20,000 bases of DNA from an uncultured virus (IMG/VR IMGVR_UViG_3300032675_000012) (lineage: Duplodnaviria; Heunggongvirae; Uroviricota; Caudoviricetes), in the IMG/VR virus record IMGVR_UViG_3300032675_000012, one strand, 5' to 3'. Below the pieces are notes generated by a model, which worked only from the letters and a program-made list of their open reading frames with translations, was not told the origin of the DNA and made no database searches. The position numbers and the translations under genes were made by a program. Shown in pieces: positions 1-7,910 of the stretch (the first letter of the stretch is position 1; every line of letters starts with the position of its first letter).

Positions 1-182
1 ATAGTATATGAGTCACCGACTAGAACTTCCATTCTGTAAATATCACTAGTATCACCACCTATTTCTACAATGATCGTACAACCATTTTTTAACACACCAG
101 AATACCTAAATCGGTATTTGTAATAAGAGGAAAATGTTACTACTACATCACCATATTTTTCTATAAATTCATCGTATAACAT
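1..182 (-). CDS. Hypothetical phage protein, runs off window (MLYDEFIEKYGDVVVTFSSYYKYRFRYSG...GGDTSDIYR)
   Basis: Manual translation; ATG at 182 follows AGGA RBS and promoter 209-237. Confidence 0.8.
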   Translation of the reverse strand, partial: MLYDEFIEKYGDVVVTFSSYYKYRFRYSGVLKNGCTIIVEIGGDTSDIYRMEVLVGDSYT

Positions 183-208
183 ATGTATCCTATTAAATTG
201 TATATTCT

Positions 209-237
209 ATTATAACTCGATGTATGAAATTAGTCAA
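209..237 (-). promoter_or_regulatory. sigma70-type promoter
   Basis: TTGACT-17-TATAAT. Confidence 0.8.
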
Positions 238-968
238 GCAATAGGTTCAAAGTATGGAATAATTAAATCGCCATACCGTTTTAATTGTCCATTATCATAA
301 TATTCCGATTCGTATATTTCCCAACCTCCATCAGAATCATCAATTCTAATCAGATTGTTGTTCTGGTCATATTGATATTTTGACCAGTCCCCATCAGAAT
401 AATCAATTCTGGTTTGATTGCCATTTTGATCGTATTGTGTTGTTACCCAATATCCAGAAGAATAATCATATCTTATTTCATTATTATTCTGATCATATTG
501 ATATTTTATCCAGTCTCCATTACAAGAATCAACTCTAATTCGATTGCCGTTTTCATCGTATTGATAAGTTTTCCAAAACCCAGTAGATTTATCAACTCTA
601 ATTCGATTGCCGTTTTCATCGTATTGATAAGTTTTCCAAAACCCAGTAGATTTATCAACTCTAATCAGGTTATTATTCTGGTCATATTGATATTTTATCC
701 AGTCTCCATTACAAGAATCAACTCTAATTCGATTGCCGTTTTCATCGTATTGATAAGTTTCCCAAAACCCAGTAGATTTATCAACTCTAATCAGGTTATT
801 ATTGCTATCAAAGGTTCTATCTTTTAACCATTTTACAAAATTAATATAATCGCCTTGAACCTCCCCTAAACGATCCAAAGGAAATCCAAACAATTTATTT
901 CTTTCACAGAAATCAATTCCCTCTTTACAAGCTTTTACTTTAAGTAACATCTCTCTATTCAATTTCAT
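234..968 (-). CDS. YD-repeat (Rhs-like) protein, 8 x 21-aa repeats
   Basis: YD[EQ]N[GN]N..R.D...G.W..YQ repeats; 52-aa N-terminal domain and C-terminal cap shared with 1024-2010. Confidence 0.9.
   Translation of the reverse strand: MKLNREMLLKVKACKEGIDFCERNKLFGFPLDRLGEVQGDYINFVKWLKDRTFDSNNNLIRVDKSTGFWETYQYDENGNRIRVDSCNGDWIKYQYDQNNNLIRVDKSTGFWKTYQYDENGNRIRVDKSTGFWKTYQYDENGNRIRVDSCNGDWIKYQYDQNNNEIRYDYSSGYWVTTQYDQNGNQTRIDYSDGDWSKYQYDQNNNLIRIDDSDGGWEIYESEYYDNGQLKRYGDLIIPYFEPIA
309..812 (-). repeat. 63-bp intragenic tandem repeat array (8 units)
   Basis: 21-aa periodicity with several near-identical DNA units. Confidence 0.9.
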
Positions 969-998
969 AACATTATCTCATTTTAAAAAGTATATTCT

Positions 999-1027
999 AT
1001 TATAACTCGATGTATGAAATTAGTCAA
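999..1027 (-). promoter_or_regulatory. sigma70-type promoter
   Basis: TTGACT-17-TATAAT; 990-1059 is identical to 200-269. Confidence 0.8.
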
Positions 1028-2010
1028 GCAATAGGTTCAAAGTATGGAATAATTAAATCATCATATCTTTTTAATTGTCCATTGTCATAAAATTCCGATT
1101 CATGTGTTTCAGACTTTCCAAAAGAATTCTGATGTCCAATCAAGTTATTATTCTGATCGTATTGTCTTGTTTCCAAATACCCCGAAGAATGATCAACTCT
1201 AATCAAGTTATTGTTCTGATCGTATTGTGTTGTTACCCAATATCCAGAAGAAGTATCATCTCTAATCAAGTTATTATTCTGATCGTATTCTTTTGTTTCC
1301 CAATATCCAGAAGAAGTATCAGTTCTGATGATATTATTGTTCTGATCATATTCTTTTGTTTCCCAATACCCCGAAGAATGATCAACTCTAATCAAGTTAT
1401 TGTTCTGATCATATTCTTTTGTTTGCCAATAACCATTAGAGTCAGAATATTTAATCAGGTTATTGTTCTGGTCGTATTGTCTTATTTCCCAATACCCAGT
1501 AGATTTAACAATTCTTATCGCGTTATTGTTTTGGTCATATTCTTTTGTTTCCCAATACCCAGTAGATTTAACAATTCTTATCGCATTATTGTTTTGGTCA
1601 TATTCTTTTGTTTCCCAATAACCATTAGAGTCAGAATATTTAATCAGGTTATTATTCTGATCATATTCTTTTGTTTCCCAATAACCATTAGAGTCAGAAT
1701 ATTTAATCAGGTTATTATTCTGATCATATTCTTTTGTTATCTTATACCCATAATAATTTTCAAACTTAATCAGGTTATTATTCTGATCATATTCTTTTGT
1801 TTCCCAATATCCAGAAGAAGTATCAGTTCTGATGATATTATTGTTTTGATCAAAATTTTTACACTTTAACCATTTTACAAAATACTCATAATCGCCTTGA
1901 ACTTCATCTAAACGATCTAATGGAAATCCAAATAATTTATTCCGTTCACAGAAATCGATCCCCTCAGCACACGCATTAGCTCGTTCTAACATATCTTTAT
2001 TTAATTTCAT
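1024..2010 (-). CDS. YD-repeat (Rhs-like) protein, 12 x 21-aa repeats; paralog of 234-968
   Basis: YDQNNN.I......GYWETKE repeats; length difference to paralog is 84 aa, exactly 4 repeats. Confidence 0.9.
   Translation of the reverse strand: MKLNKDMLERANACAEGIDFCERNKLFGFPLDRLDEVQGDYEYFVKWLKCKNFDQNNNIIRTDTSSGYWETKEYDQNNNLIKFENYYGYKITKEYDQNNNLIKYSDSNGYWETKEYDQNNNLIKYSDSNGYWETKEYDQNNNAIRIVKSTGYWETKEYDQNNNAIRIVKSTGYWEIRQYDQNNNLIKYSDSNGYWQTKEYDQNNNLIRVDHSSGYWETKEYDQNNNIIRTDTSSGYWETKEYDQNNNLIRDDTSSGYWVTTQYDQNNNLIRVDHSSGYLETRQYDQNNNLIGHQNSFGKSETHESEFYDNGQLKRYDDLIIPYFEPIA
1099..1854 (-). repeat. 63-bp intragenic tandem repeat array (12 units)
   Basis: 21-aa periodicity. Confidence 0.9.
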
Positions 2011-2099
2011 ATTATTTTCTCACTTGTATCTGCTTCAATTTTATCTAATCTGGTTTCCAGATATACAGAAAGAAATAAACTCTCTTCACCATTAAACAT
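2007..2099 (-). CDS. 30-aa hypothetical protein
   Basis: MFNGEESLFLSVYLETRLDKIEADTSEKII*; AGGA RBS; ATGA overlap with the YD gene. Confidence 0.5.
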   Translation of the reverse strand: MFNGEESLFLSVYLETRLDKIEADTSEKII

Positions 2100-2128
2100 T
2101 TCATATCCTAAAATTAAAAGTATAACTT

Positions 2129-2157
2129 ATTATACTTTGTTGTATGCTATTAGTCAA
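2129..2157 (-). promoter_or_regulatory. sigma70-type promoter
   Basis: TTGACT-17-TATAAT. Confidence 0.8.
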
Positions 2158-2172
2158 GAACTTTAGGTGGTA

Positions 2173-2376
2173 TCATATTATAATCCACCCATAACTATCC
2201 CAAGAGTCTTCGTCAGAATAACATTTAAGAATTTTTGAAAGTGCTATTTCTGGAGTATCCCCAGAACAACGCATATACCACATATTCTTTTCAGAATCTA
2301 TAAATTCTATTTCTGCTCTCCAATCGCTATCACATTTTTCTGATAGTGTTATTTTATCTATTTTAGATGTAGCCAT
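2173..2376 (-). CDS. Hypothetical protein (MATSKIDK...)
   Basis: ORF track; start moved to the ATG after GAGGA. Confidence 0.75.
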   Translation of the reverse strand: MATSKIDKITLSEKCDSDWRAEIEFIDSEKNMWYMRCSGDTPEIALSKILKCYSDEDSWDSYGWIII

Positions 2377-2620
2377 AACAATCGTCCTCTTTATTTTCGT
2401 AATAAGAAAAAGATCCACATAAACATTCTGTTTCACAATAAGCATGGCAAATACAGGTTCTAGTCAATTCACCATTACTTAAATCTAACCAATATCCAAC
2501 CTTACCGAATCTTTCACTATCCAATACCAAAATTGGATATCTTGGGTCTTCATATGATAAGTCTGCTTCAACACCTAATTCTTTATTAAGAAGCATCTTA
2601 AACACCCTTTTCATATTCAT
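2363..2620 (-). CDS. Hypothetical protein with Cys/His cluster (CICHAYCETECLC)
   Basis: ORF track; tight gene packing. Confidence 0.75.
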   Translation of the reverse strand: MNMKRVFKMLLNKELGVEADLSYEDPRYPILVLDSERFGKVGYWLDLSNGELTRTCICHAYCETECLCGSFSYYENKEDDCYGYI

Positions 2621-2840
2621 GAAACCATTTTAAAAATTCTTTAGTACAAGATAAGCATATCCATACTAATCCGTTATGCTCAGAACCAGCACCATTACCC
2701 CACATATCTCTACCACCTGTATTGCCTCTATATGATATTTCAGTATATCCCCATTCTCGACCGCTAGTATCTCTAGTATCTTTTTCAGAACCGCATCTAT
2801 CACAACAAACTTTTTCTACAGTAACTTTTGTTATGCCCAT
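2598..2840 (-). CDS. Small zinc-finger-like protein (CDRC...CLSC)
   Basis: Two CxxC motifs; GAGG RBS. Confidence 0.8.
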   Translation of the reverse strand: MGITKVTVEKVCCDRCGSEKDTRDTSGREWGYTEISYRGNTGGRDMWGNGAGSEHNGLVWICLSCTKEFLKWFHEYEKGV

Positions 2841-2851
2841 TTTAACCTCTA

Positions 2852-3022
2852 TTATAATATTTCAAATTTATCTAAAGGTACGGCTTTGGTGTCTTTTATA
2901 TTCATAATGATTACAAACTGCTCTAATTTATCTAACCAAAAATTTGCCATACTACCTACACCAGAGGCACATTCTAATTCTTTTAGTAACCGATTGTATA
3001 CTAACAATTCTTCTTTAGTCAT
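2852..3022 (-). CDS. Hypothetical protein (MTKEELL...)
   Basis: ORF track; start coupled to upstream stop. Confidence 0.7.
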   Translation of the reverse strand: MTKEELLVYNRLLKELECASGVGSMANFWLDKLEQFVIIMNIKDTKAVPLDKFEIL

Positions 3023-3236
3023 TGTCGTAACTGTCCAAACTTTTATAAAAATTATCAAATACATCTTCTAAAGAACGTCTGCATTTTATTAAAGTGTTGG
3101 TTTTTGTATCAATCACAACATCAGCATTTAAATATGTTTCAAAATTAAATGTTTCAAAATCATGTTCAAATCCTTCTGGAACATAAAATAGAATATTTGG
3201 ATCCTTTTCAAATATAATTTTTTTATACTTTATCAT
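3015..3236 (-). CDS. Hypothetical protein
   Basis: ORF track; ATGA overlap; flanked by 20-bp direct repeat. Confidence 0.75.
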   Translation of the reverse strand: MIKYKKIIFEKDPNILFYVPEGFEHDFETFNFETYLNADVVIDTKTNTLIKCRRSLEDVFDNFYKSLDSYDND

Positions 3237-3252
3237 TGTCGTAACTGTCCAA
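3019..3252. repeat. 20-bp direct repeat TCATTGTCGTAACTGTCCAA at 3019-3038 and 3233-3252
   Basis: Exact match seen at both gene junctions. Confidence 0.9.
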
Positions 3253-3550
3253 TATTTACTGTTTGTTCTTCACCAATCCAATTAATAAAATAATCTGCCT
3301 CTTCTATTCTTTCATAATCTCTTGGATAATACACGTGAATAAGAACGCTTTCATCACGGAATTTTAATAAAGCATTTCTAAATTTTAAAAATTCATTCTT
3401 GGGTTTGATTCGGTATTCTGTTTCAGGATGCCAAGTTAAATCTCTACTAGCAACATCTCTCCAGATACCATTATAAGTATATGTATCATAATATTGAATA
3501 TCTGCTCCATCTGCCCATGCTTTTATTAAATCACAATGTTTATGTTTCAT
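3233..3550 (-). CDS. Conserved phage hypothetical protein (HKH.DLIKAWADGA.IQ type)
   Basis: Motif recalled from phage proteins; GAGGA RBS before MKHKH. Confidence 0.8.
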   Translation of the reverse strand: MKHKHCDLIKAWADGADIQYYDTYTYNGIWRDVASRDLTWHPETEYRIKPKNEFLKFRNALLKFRDESVLIHVYYPRDYERIEEADYFINWIGEEQTVNIGQLRQ

Positions 3551-3561
3551 TTTCGTGTTCC

Positions 3562-3663
3562 TCAATCAAAGGTGAATTTTGGTCTGCTATCCTGTTCATC
3601 AATAACATATGATTTATAATATGTTAATAGATCGTTCTTTTCTTCTTCTAATAATTCAATCAT
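3562..3663 (-). CDS. 33-aa hypothetical protein
   Basis: MIELLEEEKNDLL...FTFD*; fills the gap; AGGA RBS. Confidence 0.5.
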   Translation of the reverse strand: MIELLEEEKNDLLTYYKSYVIDEQDSRPKFTFD

Positions 3664-3673
3664 CTTTTAATTC

Positions 3674-3946
3674 CTATTCTATCCAAGTTCTATCTTTTAA
3701 GTTTTCAATTTTTGCTATTTCAAAATGATTTAAAATATCCGCCATTGCACTTTCCCTAGCTCTTTTATAATCACCAAGACCACTATCACCTAGAGCAATT
3801 TTAGCACATTCTTTAACAATCTTTTCAACAAATATATCTAATTCTTTTTTTGTTAATGTCATATAAAGTGTTCCTGGAGCATCATATACCCATTCTATAT
3901 GTCTTCCAAGGATATTTGAAAGTATTTCAGCAAATTTAATATTCAT
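3674..3946 (-). CDS. Hypothetical protein (F.EKIVKECA...NHF type)
   Basis: ORF track; ATGA overlap. Confidence 0.8.
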   Translation of the reverse strand: MNIKFAEILSNILGRHIEWVYDAPGTLYMTLTKKELDIFVEKIVKECAKIALGDSGLGDYKRARESAMADILNHFEIAKIENLKDRTWIE

Positions 3947-4221
3947 TCTACTATATCTCTAAATTTAACATCATTAATATCCAACATTGTAACAGATTTC
4001 AACTTACCATCTTTGTCAAAGATATATCGAATATTCAATGGATCATCAAAATTAGTATATATTTTATTCTTATCAGAAAAATACCAAATACTATCTTCCC
4101 AAACAACATCACCATTTACTAGGACAGTAATTTCAGCACTTTTAGGTTCAACTAAAGATATCTTAGATTTACCATCTTTCTGCTCTTTATACAATTCGTC
4201 CAAACTCAAATCTTTGTTCAT
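3943..4221 (-). CDS. Hypothetical protein
   Basis: ORF track; GAGG RBS. Confidence 0.8.
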   Translation of the reverse strand: MNKDLSLDELYKEQKDGKSKISLVEPKSAEITVLVNGDVVWEDSIWYFSDKNKIYTNFDDPLNIRYIFDKDGKLKSVTMLDINDVKFRDIVE

Positions 4222-4418
4222 TCTTTAACCTCAACTAATTAATCTTTAAAATCGCCCTTAAACTCAATTGTACCTAATAATATGCTATCGTCTCTGGATA
4301 CAACCCAATATCCATTTCCCCTAAGTGAAGGTTTAGAGAAATGACCATAAACTTCACCATCACTATCTGTTGCGATATACTCGATACCACCATCAGGAAG
4401 CTTAAGATTCAATTCCAA
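4218..4418 (-). pseudogene. Disrupted YIATDxDGEVY-type phage gene
   Basis: Frame LELNLKLPDGGIEYIATDSDGEVYGHFSKP...FKD*LVEVKE*; internal TAA at 4239-4241; no ATG. Confidence 0.6.
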
Positions 4419-4614
4419 AATATGTGCCTACCTTCAATATAATTTCATCTGCTTTTTCTTCAGATAATTCATACTGAATTTCATCATAAACAATTTGTAA
4501 TGCTTCTTCAATAATCATTAATGCATAATTATTCATCATTAATTTTATGTCGATTGCATTGCCCAAATTAGCTGATCGCTCTGCTTCCGCTGCAAGTTCT
4601 AATAATTTATTCAT
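4402..4614 (-). CDS. Hypothetical protein, probably distantly related to 3674-3946
   Basis: ORF track; AGGAG RBS. Confidence 0.8.
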   Translation of the reverse strand: MNKLLELAAEAERSANLGNAIDIKLMMNNYALMIIEEALQIVYDEIQYELSEEKADEIILKVGTYFGIES

Positions 4615-4829
4615 AATATACTCCTAATTTCATATTTTCCATTATCAATTAATATAATTTCATAATTACCTGTATAATTTAATCCATCTATTAACTTTAA
4701 TACTTTAATGTTTGAATCGGTATACAAGAATAGTTTTCCATATTCTAATCTAACACCATAACTCTTTTCTTGCAAGTACTCAAATAATTTTTTCGTGTAG
4801 TTTCCTAGGGGAGAGTTGTTTAATCTTTT
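4611..4829 (-). pseudogene. Start-less 72-codon open frame (gene relic)
   Basis: KRLNNSPLGNYTKKLFEYLQEKSYGVRLEYG...IRSIL*; ATGA-coupled to the next gene but no in-frame ATG. Confidence 0.4.
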
Positions 4830-4924
4830 CTAATAAAAGAAAAATGGATAAGGAATCGGACAATCTTACAAAAGATAAAATATATTAGGAGAATTTTTAA
4901 TAAGAAGAACATAGACATTTTCAT
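4820..4924 (-). CDS. 34-aa hydrophobic peptide
   Basis: MKMSMFFLLKILLIYFIFCKIVRFLIHFSFIRKD*; ATGA overlap. Confidence 0.4.
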   Translation of the reverse strand: MKMSMFFLLKILLIYFIFCKIVRFLIHFSFIRKD

Positions 4925-5079
4925 TTATGTTTAATAGAAAGACAATCTATTTCATCATATAATTTATATCTTCCTGCATCAATCTTTTGTTCTAAGACTT
5001 TTTCACAGGAAGTTTTATCTTGGAAGTATTGAGTGGTAAGAGTACCGTCGAACATTAACGCTAATAATACAAAAGTCAT
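4921..5079 (-). CDS. 52-aa hypothetical protein, hydrophobic N-terminus, two Cys
   Basis: Manual translation; directly after promoter/GAGAGA cassette. Confidence 0.75.
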   Translation of the reverse strand: MTFVLLALMFDGTLTTQYFQDKTSCEKVLEQKIDAGRYKLYDEIDCLSIKHK

Positions 5080-5109
5080 TTTTATCTCTCTTTAGTTTTA
5101 ATATGACTT

Positions 5110-5138
5110 ATTATAACTAATCTAGCGAAAGATGTCAA
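5110..5138 (-). promoter_or_regulatory. sigma70-type promoter cassette
   Basis: TTGACA-17-TATAAT; overlaps 3' end of the HD gene. Confidence 0.85.
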
Positions 5139-5577
5139 CCACTTCTTTTAATTCAGCATAAAATTCTTTATACCGTTCTTGACGATGTTTATCGATTTCG
5201 GTCACAGATACTAATCGACTCAAATCCATATTGTGATGTAGATCAGCCATTTTAACAATTACTGCATCTTTGTTCGCTTTTACCTTATCTTTGTATTCCT
5301 CATAAGACTCACCATCAACTTTTGTTAATGCAACAATACCTCGTATAACCCTCTCAGAAAAACCTAAAGAACGTAATTTCTTTTCTGTAACCATGGTATC
5401 TTCTATAAGATCGTGTCCCAGAGCGATGATTTTTAGATCGTCATCTTTCGTATCCAGAAGTTCCATAACTGCTAAGGGATGAAGATAATAAGGTTTTCCA
5501 GATTTATCGACTTGTCCGCGATGAGCTTCTACCATCACCATAATCATTAATTCTTTGAAATCTACTTTCGCTTCCAT
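5122..5577 (-). CDS. HD-domain hydrolase, small alarmone hydrolase / SpoT-HD / Mesh1-like
   Basis: AHRGQVDKSGKPYYLHP, GHDLIEDT, ALTK and VKMADLHHN motifs. Confidence 0.88.
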   Translation of the reverse strand: MEAKVDFKELMIMVMVEAHRGQVDKSGKPYYLHPLAVMELLDTKDDDLKIIALGHDLIEDTMVTEKKLRSLGFSERVIRGIVALTKVDGESYEEYKDKVKANKDAVIVKMADLHHNMDLSRLVSVTEIDKHRQERYKEFYAELKEVVDIFR

Positions 5578-5771
5578 AATTCACCTATCCCATGTGCTTT
5601 TTCTATTTTTCTAGCATACTCTTTATAAGCAAATACAGATGTTGTGTATGTGCAGTCATAAAGATCATCGGTTGCAAGTGTGCTTAGTTCTTCATCACTC
5701 AAAGGCTCTCGTTTTGGTGGTGATGTGCGTAAATCCTCATAATAAGAAGTTATATGATCTTGTTCAGTCAT
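5562..5771 (-). CDS. Conserved phage hypothetical protein (REPLSDEE...ARKIEKAHGI)
   Basis: Motif recognition; GAGG RBS. Confidence 0.8.
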   Translation of the reverse strand: MTEQDHITSYYEDLRTSPPKREPLSDEELSTLATDDLYDCTYTTSVFAYKEYARKIEKAHGIGELWKRK

Positions 5772-6098
5772 TTATTCTTCACCTCGCAATTCGCTATATT
5801 CTTTCTTAAAAATCCACTTAACTCTCGCTACTTCATCGAAATATTGACTAGTTACCTCACTTTTAATCCACCCGACTTGCGTCCCAATAGATACACCAAA
5901 ATGAATTGCCCGATCTTCTGTCGTAACAATATCAGGTGTAGCCCACGAATACAATTTTATAAAATTAGCTGGATCATTTACATAGATAGAACACGCAAGA
6001 TCAATAACTCTATTTCTACGGTAAAATCTATTTTTCTCTAACATTAAAGGGGATAAAAAGTTTATTCTCTCCTTTGCTTCTTCAATATACTTTCTCAT
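5772..6098 (-). CDS. Hypothetical protein
   Basis: ORF track; abuts neighbours. Confidence 0.8.
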   Translation of the reverse strand: MRKYIEEAKERINFLSPLMLEKNRFYRRNRVIDLACSIYVNDPANFIKLYSWATPDIVTTEDRAIHFGVSIGTQVGWIKSEVTSQYFDEVARVKWIFKKEYSELRGEE

Positions 6099-6292
6099 TA
6101 TTGATCCTCAACCAATACAGCATACCCAACACGATTTCCATAAAAATCTTGAATGACTTGTTTGGTATTGCCATGATACAAAAGTTCTTTGGAAACAGAT
6201 TCTAATATCCTTGCTATTTCACAATGAAGATTGGTATCACATCCTTGAAATACGTCATTTTCGCAAGTTATTTCTAATACAAATTTTTTCAT
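6098..6292 (-). CDS. Conserved phage hypothetical protein (EIARIL...D..GNRVG)
   Basis: ORF track; start at MKKF with ATGA overlap. Confidence 0.8.
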   Translation of the reverse strand: MKKFVLEITCENDVFQGCDTNLHCEIARILESVSKELLYHGNTKQVIQDFYGNRVGYAVLVEDQ

Positions 6293-6477
6293 TCTACAAT
6301 TTCCCATGGCTCAAAACCAGTATGAGAAGACTCAAGGATAAAGATTGGAACCCGCTGCCCATGATCGCCTATAATAACAACTAAATCCTCATTAATCACA
6401 CTTACAACATCATAGACTTTACTGGGTGTTAAATACGCTGGACATAATTCTTTTTTATCTGTACATTTGATTTTCAT
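6289..6477 (-). CDS. Hypothetical protein (LTP.KVYDV...I.GD.G)
   Basis: ORF track; resembles 15866-16036. Confidence 0.75.
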   Translation of the reverse strand: MKIKCTDKKELCPAYLTPSKVYDVVSVINEDLVVIIGDHGQRVPIFILESSHTGFEPWEIVE

Positions 6478-6675
6478 TTAACAACCAGTTATTTGGGTAT
6501 AGCTTACTGCACTTTGCCATAAACACCAACAATCCATTATATGAGATCCTGAATTTACGTTCATGTAATTATCTCCTGCATTAAAAAATTCTATTAAAGT
6601 TTCTTCGTCCACTAGAGAAATGCATTTACCATAAGATTCAATAAACACTAATTGATTTTCAGATAAATTAATCAT
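6478..6675 (-). CDS. Hypothetical protein
   Basis: ORF track; start at MINLS with ATGA overlap. Confidence 0.75.
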   Translation of the reverse strand: MINLSENQLVFIESYGKCISLVDEETLIEFFNAGDNYMNVNSGSHIMDCWCLWQSAVSYTQITGC

Positions 6676-6962
6676 AATTGTACCCAACCAACAGAATCAC
6701 ATAAGAAATCTATACCATCAACTTCTACTACATCACCAACGCTCACAGAACGATGAAGTCCATAACTAGCTTCTCTTTCCTCTTGTCTAGAAGGATTGTT
6801 GGTAAGGTCAAAAGCTTCCTCAGGATTACTTTTATCAGATTCAAAAGAAGGAATAACCGAATACGTGTGAAGATAATCTTTAACTAATTTTACTCTATCT
6901 TCGGTTTGATAGATATCCATACGAATCCATGGAGGCGATAATTTCACAGTTAAATCAGTCAT
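6672..6962 (-). CDS. YodL-like domain protein
   Basis: HRSVSVGDVVEVDG...CDSVGW motif. Confidence 0.7.
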   Translation of the reverse strand: MTDLTVKLSPPWIRMDIYQTEDRVKLVKDYLHTYSVIPSFESDKSNPEEAFDLTNNPSRQEEREASYGLHRSVSVGDVVEVDGIDFLCDSVGWVQL

Positions 6963-6995
6963 TTTTAAATCTCTCTTAATTAATTAGTATGACTT

Positions 6996-7024
6996 ATTAT
7001 AACTAAATCAGAATAAAGAATCAA
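6996..7024 (-). promoter_or_regulatory. sigma70-type promoter cassette
   Basis: TTGATT-17-TATAAT. Confidence 0.85.
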
Positions 7025-7048
7025 GCACTTGATCACTTTTGATTTTCT

Positions 7049-7294
7049 TCAAACCTTGCAAGCTTCGTCATATTCGCGGCAACGGTCTTCAAAATCCTTT
7101 TCCCATGCTTCGAATTCTTTTTGACGCTGTTCTTGCATCGCAGGAGTTAATTCGTATGCGATCCAATCTAGGATCGATTCGCGGTCGTTTGACGCGATGT
7201 GGCGTGGACGGATTCCGTTTACATCCTTGTACCAGTCGCTGAAGACAGCGTGTAGGTCTTCTGTGTTCATTGCTTGATAAGTTTCTATTGACAT
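7049..7294 (-). CDS. Conserved phage hypothetical protein (SDWYKDVNGIRPR), GC-rich
   Basis: Motif recognition; AGGAG RBS; about 46% GC by hand count. Confidence 0.85.
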   Translation of the reverse strand: MSIETYQAMNTEDLHAVFSDWYKDVNGIRPRHIASNDRESILDWIAYELTPAMQEQRQKEFEAWEKDFEDRCREYDEACKV

Positions 7295-7320
7295 GTTCTG
7301 CTCCTAGTTAGTATGTGTAT

Positions 7321-7349
7321 ATTATAGAGTCTTTATTTGCCTTTGTCAA
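7321..7349 (-). promoter_or_regulatory. sigma70-type promoter, variant cassette
   Basis: TTGACA-17-TATAAT; lacks AAGTGC and GAGAGA. Confidence 0.85.
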
Positions 7350-7492
7350 CCCCTAAATTCCTTTTTTTTTAATTCTTCAAACTTTGCAATCGATTTCGCT
7401 GCACGGTTGTTTTCCCATATTCCTAATAAACAGAAAACGATAGTAATTGCAGGACCGATAATAAGAACAAACAAGAAAAAATAAGTCATCAT
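7346..7492 (-). CDS. 48-aa predicted membrane protein
   Basis: MMTYFFLFVLIIGPAITIVFCLLGIW...; AAGGAG RBS. Confidence 0.75.
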   Translation of the reverse strand: MMTYFFLFVLIIGPAITIVFCLLGIWENNRAAKSIAKFEELKKKEFRG

Positions 7493-7499
7493 TTACTCC

Positions 7500-7661
7500 T
7501 TAATAAGGTCCTTGTTTGCGAGTGATTGAAATAATGTAGCAGTTAAGATCATATACTTTTAATGCCTTTGCTTCTGCATCTGCGAAGTTCTCTGCTTCTA
7601 ATATGAAAGTTATGTAATCTGGGTAATCATCACAATCTAAAATTACAGTGTATTCATTCAT
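7500..7661 (-). CDS. 53-aa hypothetical protein
   Basis: MNEYTVILDCDD...EAENFADAEAKAL; after cassette. Confidence 0.75.
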   Translation of the reverse strand: MNEYTVILDCDDYPDYITFILEAENFADAEAKALKVYDLNCYIISITRKQGPY

Positions 7662-7692
7662 CACATTTCTCTCTTTTCATTTAGTATGACTT

Positions 7693-7721
7693 ATTATAAT
7701 AAATCTAATGGAAAGTGTCAA
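7693..7721 (-). promoter_or_regulatory. sigma70-type promoter cassette
   Basis: TTGACA-17-TATAAT. Confidence 0.85.
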
Positions 7722-7909
7722 GCACTTTTTAATTGTTCTAGTATCTCAGGAATTCTGTTAAGAGCATATTCTCGTTTGCTGATTATTGACTTTTGTTCTT
7801 GGTCTGAGCGTTTACCAGTTTGACTATAAAGCAAATGACACACACTTAATTCAAAGTTAAGGGATCGTTTCAACTCTAACATCTCTTTATGCAATTCTCG
7901 TTTGTTCAT
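7718..7909 (-). CDS. Hypothetical protein (MNKRELH...)
   Basis: ORF track; stop codon lies in the -35 of the next cassette. Confidence 0.7.
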   Translation of the reverse strand: MNKRELHKEMLELKRSLNFELSVCHLLYSQTGKRSDQEQKSIISKREYALNRIPEILEQLKSA

Positions 7910-7910
7910 T

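Noticed and set aside
414..1869. Long plus-strand ORFs 414-827 and 1075-1869
   Set aside because: Antisense shadows of the 63-bp repeats; no RBS or promoter
234..2010. Rhs toxin or diversity-generating retroelement target
   Set aside because: No RHS core (PxxxxDPxG), toxin tip or reverse transcriptase; differences between paralogs are not evidently adenine-specific
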